A stretch of 44,389 bases of DNA, taken from contig JAHJRD010000002.1 of NCBI GenBank assembly GCA_018830945.1, positions 1-44,389 on the forward strand. Direction: 5' to 3'. Positions 31,145-42,000 of this stretch are shown piece by piece. Position numbers and translations under genes: made by a program. Within the stretch, counting starts at the first letter, position 1, and the number at the start of each line of letters is the position of its first letter. Under the pieces are notes generated by a model that saw nothing but the letters and a program-made list of their open reading frames with translations, searched no databases and was not told where the DNA came from. Source of the DNA: Nanobdellota archaeon (GTDB lineage: Archaea; Nanobdellota; Nanobdellia; SCGC-AAA011-G17; GW2011-AR17).

Positions 31145-31552
31145 TTCTTCAGGCTTTTTATGCGGCGCAATATCCTCCAAAAGAAGGAAATGCCTATCCC
31201 TTGATATGACTATTGCATTATTATCCCTAGCCACAACTGCATGAAATGCATCCCCCAACGGCACCTTCCTTTCCGCCTTAAGCCTTAACGCTTCATGGAA
31301 CTGCTCTGTTGTAGTGGCCAGCTTCTGCAATAATTTAGCTGGGATTATACGGAATATCTTTTTTATCTGCTCTATATCATATTGCTTCTTAAGCTCGTCT
31401 ATAACTATGCCAGAATAGAATATTATATCCCTTTGCTCCACAGATTGATTGAAGAATCGTAATGCCCATTCGCCCAAAGGTCTAAATCTATCTTTCCTAT
31501 TCTCATAATAATCTCTCCATATTTGAGTATCCACATAATACCTTTCATCCAT
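31136..31552 (-). CDS. PIN-domain protein (VapC-like), paralog of 24664-25125
   Basis: The motifs are YYVDTQIW, GDAFHAVVA and IVISRDRHF, with a C-terminal KKPEELI. It is convergent with the RHH gene, with a 9-bp 3' overlap. Confidence 0.7.
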   Translation of the reverse strand: MDERYYVDTQIWRDYYENRKDRFRPLGEWALRFFNQSVEQRDIIFYSGIVIDELKKQYDIEQIKKIFRIIPAKLLQKLATTTEQFHEALRLKAERKVPLGDAFHAVVARDNNAIVISRDRHFLLLEDIAPHKKPEELI

Positions 31553-31766
31553 TTTTTATGCCGCAGATGCTATGCAGAGCTTATATAAAAAGTTTTGTCC
31601 GGAAAGTTGTTAATTTTTCCGCCGTCTAATTAATTTTTGCGGTTAATGTGAAAATATTGCAAAAAATAAAGAAGATTTGCATATTTGCCGGAAAAATGAC
31701 GTATTCGCGCCCTGATAATGAAACCGCAGTTATCTTTTTAAATCCTATTATATTCTACAAATCAGC

Positions 31767-33539
31767 ATGAAACCAGTGAATACAAGGCAGGAGCTAGTAA
31801 AGCTTTACATTGATTTTTTCAAAAGCAAGAATCACAAAGAGATTCCAAACTCTGCTTTAATACCGCAGAATGACCCTACTGTATTGTTTACAACAGCAGG
31901 CATGCACCCATTGGTTCCTTTTTTATTAGGGCAGAAGCATCCTTTAGGAAAAAGATTGTGCAATGTGCAGAAATGCATAAGGACAACTGACATTGATGAA
32001 GTTGGCGATAATTTTCATCTGACATTCTTTGAAATGCTTGGCAACTGGAGCCTTGGCGATTATTTTAAGAATGAATCAATAGAATACTCATTTGAATTCC
32101 TTACAAAAACTTTAGGTGTTCCATTGGACATGATTGCAGTAACATGCTTTAAAGGAGACAGGGATGCGCCAGTTGACAGGGAAGCCTCTGAAAAATGGAA
32201 GAAATTAGGGGTAAAGGAAGAAAGAATAGCTTTTTTGCCGAAAGAAGACAACTGGTGGAGCCCTCCGGGAACAACAGGCCCCTGCGGCCCTGATACTGAA
32301 ATATTTTTCTGGGTTGGAAAAGGAAAGCCAAAAGGCAATCCTGAAGTAAACCCAAAAGAATGGGCAGAGATATGGAACAATGTGTTCATGCAATACGAGA
32401 AAAAGAAAGACGGAAGCTTTGCAGAGCTGAAGCAAAAGAATGTTGATACAGGAATGGGGGTTGAAAGGACAATTGCAACGCTGAACAGCAATGAGTCTGT
32501 ATATGACACTGATTCCTTATCACCTTTAATCAAAAAGATTGAAAAGCTTTCAGGCAAATCATATGCAAAAGAAACAAAAAGCATGAGAATCATAGCAGAC
32601 CACATAAGGGCTTCTGTCATGATTCTTGCAGAGAAAAAGGCGCCAAGCAATGTTGAGCAGGGGTATGTTTTAAGAAGATTGATAAGAAGGGCAATAAGGC
32701 ATGGAAGATTGATTGGGGTTGAAGGAAAGTTTGTAAAATTAATTGGAGAAGGAGTATTTCCTATATATCCAGATTATAAGCATTTGAAGGAGAATAAGCA
32801 GTTTATATTAACAGAGCTTGAAAAAGAAGAGGAAAGGTTCTCAGAAGTTTTGGAAAAGGGAATCAAGTATTTTGACAGGTTAAAGGAAACAATAAAAGGA
32901 AAAGTTATTGACGGAAAAACAGCTTTCCTTCTCTATCAGAGCTTTGGATTCCCGATTGAAATGACGCAGGAGCTTGCAAAAGAAAACAATCTTGAGGTTA
33001 ATGTGATTGAATATGAGGAAGAGCAGGCAAAGCACCGGGAAATAAGCAGGACAGCTACTGAAGGCAAGTTCAAGTCAGGGCTGGCAGACAATTCAGCTGA
33101 AACAACACGGCTGCACACTGCGACTCATTTGTTGTTAGCGGCATTAAGGCAGGTTATTGGAACTGATATTGAGCAAAGGGGAAGCAATATTACTGCTGAA
33201 CGGTTAAGGTTTGATTTTTCGCATGACCAAAAACTAACCCCTGAACAGCTTAAAGAGGTTGAAAAAATAGTAAATACCAACATCCAGAAAGGGCTTGAAG
33301 TGCAGAGGGATGAGATGACTGTTGACGAGGCAAAAAAGCAGGGCGCGATTGGCGTGTTTGACCACAAGTACGGCGAGAAGGTTTCTGTTTACAAGGTGTG
33401 CGACCCTCATGAAACAGTTTGCATGGAAATATGCACAGGCCCGCATGTCTCAAACACAAAAGAATTAGGCAAATTCAAAATCAAGAAAGAAGAGGCTTCT
33501 TCAAAAGGCGTGAGAAGGATTAAGGCTGTGCTGGAATAA
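31767..33539 (+). CDS. alaS: Alanyl-tRNA synthetase, short form (catalytic, tRNA-recognition and editing domains; no C-Ala domain)
   Basis: The N-terminal FF-x-S-K-x-H-x(n)-DPTVLFTTAGM is present, and the editing-domain metal ligands are HTATHLL (HxxxH) and CTGPHV (CxxxH). The protein ends after GVRRIKAVLE at 590 aa. Confidence 0.85.
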   Translation: MKPVNTRQELVKLYIDFFKSKNHKEIPNSALIPQNDPTVLFTTAGMHPLVPFLLGQKHPLGKRLCNVQKCIRTTDIDEVGDNFHLTFFEMLGNWSLGDYFKNESIEYSFEFLTKTLGVPLDMIAVTCFKGDRDAPVDREASEKWKKLGVKEERIAFLPKEDNWWSPPGTTGPCGPDTEIFFWVGKGKPKGNPEVNPKEWAEIWNNVFMQYEKKKDGSFAELKQKNVDTGMGVERTIATLNSNESVYDTDSLSPLIKKIEKLSGKSYAKETKSMRIIADHIRASVMILAEKKAPSNVEQGYVLRRLIRRAIRHGRLIGVEGKFVKLIGEGVFPIYPDYKHLKENKQFILTELEKEEERFSEVLEKGIKYFDRLKETIKGKVIDGKTAFLLYQSFGFPIEMTQELAKENNLEVNVIEYEEEQAKHREISRTATEGKFKSGLADNSAETTRLHTATHLLLAALRQVIGTDIEQRGSNITAERLRFDFSHDQKLTPEQLKEVEKIVNTNIQKGLEVQRDEMTVDEAKKQGAIGVFDHKYGEKVSVYKVCDPHETVCMEICTGPHVSNTKELGKFKIKKEEASSKGVRRIKAVLE

Positions 33540-33574
33540 ATTGCAGTTAAGAATGTGTCTTTTAAATAGCTTTC

Positions 33575-34246
33575 TCAAAAAACCGGCTTTATGCGGTAGC
33601 CGCCCGCAGATCCAACGTAACCTCTTCTTTTCCTTCGCCTATGAACTGGCTTTTCATTTACAGGAGGATGAAGAATTGAATTAACTCTTGCCTTGTTCTC
33701 CTGCAATACTTCATGGATTTCTGATACTTCTGCATCGCGAAGCCTGTCCCTTATCGGCGCCAATTCATCAGCTATTTTTTGCACTTCAGCAATAAACTTG
33801 TTTATGCGCCTCTCAGCAAGCCTTGCGCCAAAATAAATGCTGGTGCTTGCCATGCCAAAGCCGCCGGTCCACATTGAGAGAGGAGCTGTAATAATTAAAA
33901 TAGCCCCATAACTTGAAAAAGCTCTTAATTTCTTAGTCCGCTCAAAGAAAGTCTTATCCACAATCCCTTCAACCTCAATGTCATGGATATAGGCAAGGTG
34001 GTCTTGCACGCCGCGCAGATAAAAGCGGTTTGCATCAACAGAAACATCCTTTTCTGAATGCACATAATAATTGTCCAAAAGCTGTATATAATCATCTGCA
34101 ATGCTGTTATATTTTTCCTGCGCTTCATCAGTTGTCAGGCGCTTTGCCTGCTTTACCTGCTTTAGCAGAAAATCAGTGAGAAAAGACAGAGTTCTTGCGC
34201 CAATTGCGCTGTTTATCACTATATCTGTTAATTCTGTCTTATCCAT
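33575..34246 (-). CDS. Hypothetical membrane protein
   Basis: 223-aa ORF with a central hydrophobic pair (GAILIITAPLSMWTGGFGMASTSIYFG) and a basic C-terminus. No motif recognised. Confidence 0.5.
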   Translation of the reverse strand: MDKTELTDIVINSAIGARTLSFLTDFLLKQVKQAKRLTTDEAQEKYNSIADDYIQLLDNYYVHSEKDVSVDANRFYLRGVQDHLAYIHDIEVEGIVDKTFFERTKKLRAFSSYGAILIITAPLSMWTGGFGMASTSIYFGARLAERRINKFIAEVQKIADELAPIRDRLRDAEVSEIHEVLQENKARVNSILHPPVNEKPVHRRRKRRGYVGSAGGYRIKPVF

Positions 34247-34312
34247 ATTGCCCCCGTATAATGGCGGTTAGTAACAGAGACTATATAAATGTTCCTTATA
34301 AAAAGCGAAAAA

Positions 34313-34385
34313 TGGGGATGCAGGGATTTGAACCCTGATCAGCCGGTCTGGAGCCGGCCGCACTGCCGGGGTATGCTACATCCCC
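34313..34385 (-). tRNA. tRNA-Trp (anticodon CCA), no encoded 3' CCA
   Basis: The minus strand reads GGGGATG TA GCAT..GTGC G GCCGG CTCCAGA CCGGC TGATC AGGGTTCAAATCCCT GCATCCCC A, a good cloverleaf with anticodon loop CU-CCA-GA. A TATA (ttatata) lies about 30 nt upstream. Confidence 0.85.
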
Positions 34386-34454
34386 ATAGCAAAAAAAGGA
34401 GTTAAAAGAAGTATATAACCTTAACGTTTTGCAAACCAGCAGGTTTTCAACGTC

Positions 34455-34472
34455 AACTTTGCGCGCAAAGTT
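34455..34472. terminator. Perfect 18-bp palindrome overlapping the trpS stop codon (possible terminator or processing hairpin)
   Basis: aactttgcgcgcaaagtt lies at 34455-34472, followed on the minus strand by a U-rich run. Confidence 0.3.
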
Positions 34473-35595
34473 AACGCTTAATCAGGAACTTCTCAATTTT
34501 GGATTTTGCCTTCACTCTTTCAGCCTGGTGCTTCTTTAAGAATGCATTCACTTTCTCAATAAGAATTGCCTTAAGCTCGCCTGTAAGCATCTTGCCGGAC
34601 TTGTAATCATCATATATCTGCTGAAGCTTTTTATCGTCAGGCTCAAACAGCATGCGCAAATACTGGTATGAAACATCAACATCAGGGTTGCCGCCTTTTT
34701 TCCTGTGCTCCTCAATCGTACTCTGCCCGCCTGAAAATGCATATTTATTCACTTTCTTCTTAACCATCTCAGGAGTGTCTGTTGTAAATATAGCCTGCTC
34801 AGATGCTGACGAAGCTGACATCTTGCCTTCAACGCCGGACAATGGCGGCAAAAACACGCACTGGATTGATGCAGGCTTGTAATGCCCTAACTTAGGCAGT
34901 ATATCTCTAGTTAATCTAAAATGCGGGTCCTGGTCAACTGCGTGAGGAATCAAACAAGGAATTTCCTTCTTAGCAAGAACAGACGGCAAAAAAGCAGGAA
35001 CAGCCTGCATTGCAGTGTAAAAAATAGCGCCTGTATTACTATCATTGCCTAATCCAAACGTTGACTTAACCATTGAAAATGTAATTCTTTTTGAAACCTT
35101 GCAAGCCTCTTTGTACATCAAGCCAGCATCCCTTGTGTCAATAAGGAAATGAGTTTTCTTGGGATCAAATCCCAATGCAATCACATCAAGCATGTTCTCA
35201 TTAAGCCAGTGCTGGGTGTCCTCAAACTTCATGCCTTGCTTAAACAAAAACTTCTCCTCATCAGGAAACTGAAACCAGAGCTCAACATTAAAAGTGTCCT
35301 GCAGCCATTTTGTAAAAATCCAAGGCATCAAGTGCCCTAAATGCACAGACCCTGAAGGCGCCCTGCCTGTATACAAAAAGAACTTGTTCCCTTTCTCATA
35401 CTCATCAAGCAGGAATTTCATGTCGCGATGCGCAAAAAACACTCTCCTGCGAAGCATGAAATGTAAATCAGAAGTATGCTTCTTAATCCTTTCAAGCATT
35501 GCATCATTCAGCTTTTCAACGCCAAACTGCTGTACCAGCCTGTCATAATCAATATTGCCTGATACTTCCCAGGGCGTTACCTTGAATCCAGTCAT
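34471..35595 (-). CDS. trpS: Tryptophanyl-tRNA synthetase (archaeal/eukaryotic type)
   Basis: The N-terminal VTPWEVSGNIDYDRLVQQFG is present. The HIGH-like motif is GSVHLGH and the KMSKS-like motif is KMSAS. Confidence 0.85.
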   Translation of the reverse strand: MTGFKVTPWEVSGNIDYDRLVQQFGVEKLNDAMLERIKKHTSDLHFMLRRRVFFAHRDMKFLLDEYEKGNKFFLYTGRAPSGSVHLGHLMPWIFTKWLQDTFNVELWFQFPDEEKFLFKQGMKFEDTQHWLNENMLDVIALGFDPKKTHFLIDTRDAGLMYKEACKVSKRITFSMVKSTFGLGNDSNTGAIFYTAMQAVPAFLPSVLAKKEIPCLIPHAVDQDPHFRLTRDILPKLGHYKPASIQCVFLPPLSGVEGKMSASSASEQAIFTTDTPEMVKKKVNKYAFSGGQSTIEEHRKKGGNPDVDVSYQYLRMLFEPDDKKLQQIYDDYKSGKMLTGELKAILIEKVNAFLKKHQAERVKAKSKIEKFLIKR

Positions 35596-35705
35596 AGTAT
35601 GATAGCTTACTGCAGAATATATTAATCTTTCTACTCCTTAACTTTTGCCATTTTATTATCACAGATTGCACAAAAGTTGAGGGTGAAAACTTTTGCAGGA
35701 GTTTT

Positions 35706-36113
35706 CTACTCAACCTTAACTTCAACATCAAAGTACTTGGAAACAATTTCCTGTATTCTCTTCAAGTTTGTCTTCTCACGGCCAAACACTTTCCCTTTTT
35801 CAACAGTGCCAGAAGTCTTTATCACAACAATATTATCCTCACGCACAATATCTTTCGGCTTTAAAGGAAAGAGTAAATTCTGAACAAACTTAACAGGCTC
35901 TGGATTAAATTCAAAAACCTTGATATCCTTCTTGAAAACAGAAGATGCATTCTTAATATTAACACCGCCTTTTCCGATTGCAAGCCCCATCTGCCCCTGC
36001 TCAACAACAAAAACTAAAGAATCCCCCTCAGGAAAACAGTCTTTTACAGCAGCACGAGTCAGCTTTTCAAACATGTTGATAAAGCCGATTGTCTTCATAT
36101 CAAAGCTTACCAT
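35706..36113 (-). CDS. nusA: Archaeal NusA-like protein (two KH domains)
   Basis: The 135-aa product has the KH GxxG motif in GLAIGKGGVNIK, and it sits directly downstream of rpl30e in the conserved rpo operon. Confidence 0.85.
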   Translation of the reverse strand: MVSFDMKTIGFINMFEKLTRAAVKDCFPEGDSLVFVVEQGQMGLAIGKGGVNIKNASSVFKKDIKVFEFNPEPVKFVQNLLFPLKPKDIVREDNIVVIKTSGTVEKGKVFGREKTNLKRIQEIVSKYFDVEVKVE

Positions 36114-36117
36114 TTTT

Positions 36118-37525
<1,408 letters not shown>

Positions 37526-37572
37526 TCACTCCCTCTCGTTCCAAGGTCCACTTCGCTCTGCTCGCAGACCAT

Positions 37573-40188
37573 TTAATTCACTCCCTCGACTTCATTAATA
37601 ATCTTTTTGACATCTATTGTGCCGCCGTCGCTCTTTGAAACATCAACGCCGTCATCACCATAAGTAAACTGCACAATCGCATTATTTGCATCCCTAACTG
37701 TAAAATCATATTCAATCTTCAGGTCCTGCATTGCATTTGCCAGCCTCCTGTATAAATATCCTGATTTCGGAGTTCTTAAGGCAGTATCCATAAGAGAGTC
37801 CCTTCCTGTCATTGCGTGGAAAAAGAACTCAAACGGATTAAGCCCTTTCTTATAGCTGTGCCTTACAAAGCCATGCGCTGCAGGGCTCAGGTCAAACTGC
37901 TTGAACAATGTTAAAGTCCTGTTCTTATACCCTTTGGTAATCCTTTTGCCCCTTAATGCCTGCTGGCCCACTAATGCAGCTGTCTGCGCAAGGTTCAGGA
38001 TGTTTCCTTTTGCCCCGCACTGCGCCATTATCAGCGATGAATTGCCAGGAACAGCGCTCCTTGCTATAAGCTTTCCAATCTCATTCCTTGCCTCATTGAG
38101 CTTCTGCAGGATTGTCCTCTCAAGAGTCTCTTCAATGCTCATTGAAACCCCTGCCTTAAGCTTGTCTGTCTTGAAATCAGCAATCATCTTATCCACTTCT
38201 GTTTCTGCATTGTTAAGGTAATCCTTTACCTTGTTTTGGATCTCACCAGGAATGTCTGCATCAGATGTTTTTATTGTCATTCCGCGCTTAAGGAGATAAG
38301 CAATGCCAAGCCTGAATATCTTGCCGAATATTTCAACTGCAGTGCGCTCGTCATAAAGCCTGTGGATGTCGCGCAGAAGCGTACCATTTCCTTCACCAAC
38401 TGTATTGCTGTCGATTATTCCGCTGACAAGGTCGCCGTCCTTAATCACAATAAAGGAGTCTGTCTCACATTTCTTTCCTTCGCATACCTTGTGCTTCCTG
38501 CAGTTCTTTGAAAAGCCGATAAAGTTAAAGTCTTTCGGCAGTAATGCGCTGAAAATTTCTTTTCCTGTAACCATTTCCTTGAATTTCCTGAATTTCTCAG
38601 AATTGTCCACTCCAACACTCAAAAGCAGCATGACTGCCTCCTGCTTTGGCATTTTTGCGCCCCTTGTCAGGAGATAATTACCAGTAATAGCATCCTCTAT
38701 GCAGCCAATGACATTAAGCCCGTTCTTCGGGCTCATTATCTGTGTCTGCACTTCCATAAGTATCTCTGCTTCAGCCATTGCCTCGTGTGTCTGCGGAACA
38801 TGCAGGTTCATTTCATCACCGTCAAAGTCCGCATTGTAAGGATTGCATACAGCTGGGTTAAGCCTGAATGATTTTCCTGGCAAAACCCTCATCCGATGGC
38901 ACATGATTGACATCCTGTGCAGAGACGGCTGCCTGTTGAATACTGCAATATCCCCGTCAACAATATGCCTTTCAACAATCTGCCCCGGAGTAAGCTCCAA
39001 CAGAATCTGCTCCTGTGTTTCAGCAGTAATCTTCTTTCTCTTTCCGTCCTCACTGAGAGTATAATTTGCGCCTGGATATTCCTTAGGCCCTCTTTTCACA
39101 TATGCCTTGATCCATTCAAGGTTCCATTCATTTATTGTTTCCGGAATAGTCAGTTCCATTGCAATTTCTTTTGGTATGCCTACCTCATTCAATCCAATCT
39201 TCGGGTCAGGAGAAATAACTGTACGCGCTGCAAAATTAACCCTCTTGCCTGCAAGATTGTGCCTGAACCTTCCTTCCTTGCTCTTTACTCTTTCGCTTAA
39301 TGTCTTTAAAGGCTGGCCGCTCCTGTGCCTTGCCGGCGGAACCTGTGTTATCTCATTGTCAAAGTAAGTTGTTACATGGTACTGCAGCAAGTCCCATAAA
39401 TCCTCTATTATGATTTCCGGAGCCCCTGCATTAATATTTTCAAAAAGCCTCTGGTTAATCCTGACTATATCACTGAGCTTATGTGTTAAGTCGTCCTCAG
39501 CCCTTTCCCCTGTTTCAAGCGTAATGCTGGGCCTCATTGTTACAGGCGGAATTCCCAACACAGTAAGTATCATCCACTCAGGCCTTGCAAATTCCGGCCT
39601 TAAGCCCATAAGAAGGCAGTCCTCATCAGGAACCTTTTCCATCCTTGCCCTTATTTCTATCGGGTTAAGCCTCTTTGTATCCTCGAAGAATGTTGTTGGT
39701 TTTTCTATTTTTATTGTTAACTGCTTGGCCTTGCAGTGCGGACACTTCTTGATTGAACGGCACATTATCTTGACAAGCTTTGCCGCTTTTCTGAACGCGT
39801 CAACATTGTTTTTCTGCAGATATTTGTCTATCCTGGCAAGCAGCCTCTGCCTTTCTTCTTCAGCAATAAGGACTTTCCCGCATTCGCGGCAGGTGCACTG
39901 AAGAAAGTTCATGAGGATCTTTGCATAATTGATATGGATTATAGGCCTTGCAAGCTCGATATATCCGAAATGCCCGTGGCATTCCTTTAGCTTGCCAGCG
40001 CAGGTCTTGCATCTTAACCCAGGATCGATAACTCCAAGCCTTATATCCATAAGGCCGCCGTCAACCGGGTATCCTTCCCTGTCATAAAGCTCAGGGGTTA
40101 CCACCTTTGCTGTTGACATTTTCTTGATCATCTTTGGCGAAAGCATCCCAAAGGTAATCTTATCAATCCGTTTGTATGATACGTACAT
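37573..40188 (-). CDS. rpoA1: DNA-directed RNA polymerase subunit A'
   Basis: N-terminal Zn-binding Cys motifs are present, together with the catalytic NADFDGDEMN and 871 aa of collinear Rpb1 N-terminal motifs. Confidence 0.95.
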   Translation of the reverse strand: MYVSYKRIDKITFGMLSPKMIKKMSTAKVVTPELYDREGYPVDGGLMDIRLGVIDPGLRCKTCAGKLKECHGHFGYIELARPIIHINYAKILMNFLQCTCRECGKVLIAEEERQRLLARIDKYLQKNNVDAFRKAAKLVKIMCRSIKKCPHCKAKQLTIKIEKPTTFFEDTKRLNPIEIRARMEKVPDEDCLLMGLRPEFARPEWMILTVLGIPPVTMRPSITLETGERAEDDLTHKLSDIVRINQRLFENINAGAPEIIIEDLWDLLQYHVTTYFDNEITQVPPARHRSGQPLKTLSERVKSKEGRFRHNLAGKRVNFAARTVISPDPKIGLNEVGIPKEIAMELTIPETINEWNLEWIKAYVKRGPKEYPGANYTLSEDGKRKKITAETQEQILLELTPGQIVERHIVDGDIAVFNRQPSLHRMSIMCHRMRVLPGKSFRLNPAVCNPYNADFDGDEMNLHVPQTHEAMAEAEILMEVQTQIMSPKNGLNVIGCIEDAITGNYLLTRGAKMPKQEAVMLLLSVGVDNSEKFRKFKEMVTGKEIFSALLPKDFNFIGFSKNCRKHKVCEGKKCETDSFIVIKDGDLVSGIIDSNTVGEGNGTLLRDIHRLYDERTAVEIFGKIFRLGIAYLLKRGMTIKTSDADIPGEIQNKVKDYLNNAETEVDKMIADFKTDKLKAGVSMSIEETLERTILQKLNEARNEIGKLIARSAVPGNSSLIMAQCGAKGNILNLAQTAALVGQQALRGKRITKGYKNRTLTLFKQFDLSPAAHGFVRHSYKKGLNPFEFFFHAMTGRDSLMDTALRTPKSGYLYRRLANAMQDLKIEYDFTVRDANNAIVQFTYGDDGVDVSKSDGGTIDVKKIINEVEGVN

Positions 40189-40196
40189 TTTTTCTC

Positions 40197-41999
40197 CTAG
40201 TATTTGCTCTTTAAGTGTACTTTTGGATATATTCCAAGCGATTTTAATTCATCAAGCAGCAGCTTGAAAGCATAGCTTAATTCAACTGATGACACGTCGA
40301 CATTCGTGCCGCATTTTGTGCAGTAGGCCTTGCTTTTCATGTTGTCATAAACAGCCAGCATGCCGCAGCTTTCGCATATATACACAACCGCCCTGTCTGA
40401 ATCAAACCTTTCTTTGAGCAATAATGATGCGCCGTGGGCTACAAAACAGTCCTTCTCCATTTCACCAAGCCTTAGTCCGCCGCCCTTGCTTCTTCCCTCA
40501 ATAGGCTGCCTTGTAAGAAGCTGGATTCTTCCTGAGGCTCTTGCGTGCAATTTATTCGCAACCATATGCTTCAGCTTCATGTAATACATATTTCCGATAA
40601 AGATTACTGCATTGAATGCCTCTCCTGTTATGCCGTTGTACATTTTCTCAGTGCCGTTTTCCCTAAAGCCCATATCAAGCAGCATATTTCTCAGGTCGCT
40701 TTCGCTTTCTGCTGAGAACGTGCTTCCGTCAATGTACCTGCCTGCCAAAGCGCCTGCTTTGCCGCCTATGATTTCTATTAAGTGCGATATTGTCATCCTG
40801 GATGGAAGGCTGTGCGGAGAGAAAATAATGTCAGGAGTTACTCCGGATGTTGTAAACGGCATGTCTGTCTGCGGCACTATCCTTCCAATAACCCCTTTCT
40901 GGCCGTGCCTTGACGCAAACTTGTCTCCGATTTCCGGTATTCTCAAATCCCTAAGCCTTACCTGGATAAGCTTGTTGCCTTCCTCATTCTCTGTGACAGC
41001 AACAAAATCAACAATTCCATGCTCTCCCTGCTTGACAGTAAGGGAGCTTTCCCTTCTCATGTTAGCAGCAATACTGAACTCCTCGAGCTCGCCAAGGAAC
41101 CTCGGAGGAGATGTTTTTCCGATTACAACTTCATGTTCATGAAGCTTTGCTTCAGGATAAACAATGCCGTCATCTTCAAGGTACCTGTAATCCTCTTCTG
41201 TCTTATACCCTTTAACATCTTTGTCAGGCACGCCTATTTCATCAACAAGCCCGCCCTGGTACCTGAGTTCTTCAACAACATAAGGCCTGAAGTAGGATGA
41301 GCGGGCAACGCCCCTTTCAACAGAGCCCTTGTTAAGGATTATTGCGTCCTGCATGTTATAGCCGTCGTAGCTCATTACAGCAATTGTAAGATTATGCCCA
41401 GAAGGGTGTTTTTCATAATGGATAATATCGTGCATGAACGATCTTACGATGGGCCTCTGCGGATAATGCAGAATGCTTACATCAGTGTCTATCCTAAGCA
41501 GGAAGTTTGATGCATACATCCCAAGGCTTTGTTTCTGGGTTTTTGAACCCCTGTTAAGCCTGGATGACTGCCCGAAATTTGCATAAGGAACAAGCGATGT
41601 TATCATGCCCAGGATCACAATCGGGCTTATTTCCATATGCGTATGCTCTTTTGTGAGATATTTCTCATTAAGCGCAACATATGCCTCTTCTTCTTCTCCT
41701 GCGTCAAGATATTCGATAACCCCTTCCTTGACAAGCGCATCCCAGTTCATTTCATTGGCCTTTAGCTTTTTTATGTGCTCTTCAGTAAGCCTTAGGACGC
41801 CGTTATCCACTATGATTAGCGGGCGCCTTGCCCTGCCTGTGATTGTATTCAGGACAACCTCATTGAAATCCCTTTCATACGATACATTAAGCGCAGCAGG
41901 CAGCTTGCCTTTTCTTCTTTCTTCCCTTACTGCCCTTACAAATTCCCTGGCATTGTCCACCATGCCTACATACTTTTCGTCTATATATACATCAACCAT
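40197..41999 (-). CDS. rpoB1: DNA-directed RNA polymerase subunit B' (C-terminal part of split RpoB)
   Basis: It carries GDKFASRHGQKGV, the GEMEKDC-type motif and a C-terminal Zn-ribbon (CESCG...CTKCG). Confidence 0.95.
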   Translation of the reverse strand: MVDVYIDEKYVGMVDNAREFVRAVREERRKGKLPAALNVSYERDFNEVVLNTITGRARRPLIIVDNGVLRLTEEHIKKLKANEMNWDALVKEGVIEYLDAGEEEEAYVALNEKYLTKEHTHMEISPIVILGMITSLVPYANFGQSSRLNRGSKTQKQSLGMYASNFLLRIDTDVSILHYPQRPIVRSFMHDIIHYEKHPSGHNLTIAVMSYDGYNMQDAIILNKGSVERGVARSSYFRPYVVEELRYQGGLVDEIGVPDKDVKGYKTEEDYRYLEDDGIVYPEAKLHEHEVVIGKTSPPRFLGELEEFSIAANMRRESSLTVKQGEHGIVDFVAVTENEEGNKLIQVRLRDLRIPEIGDKFASRHGQKGVIGRIVPQTDMPFTTSGVTPDIIFSPHSLPSRMTISHLIEIIGGKAGALAGRYIDGSTFSAESESDLRNMLLDMGFRENGTEKMYNGITGEAFNAVIFIGNMYYMKLKHMVANKLHARASGRIQLLTRQPIEGRSKGGGLRLGEMEKDCFVAHGASLLLKERFDSDRAVVYICESCGMLAVYDNMKSKAYCTKCGTNVDVSSVELSYAFKLLLDELKSLGIYPKVHLKSKY

Positions 42000-42000
42000 T

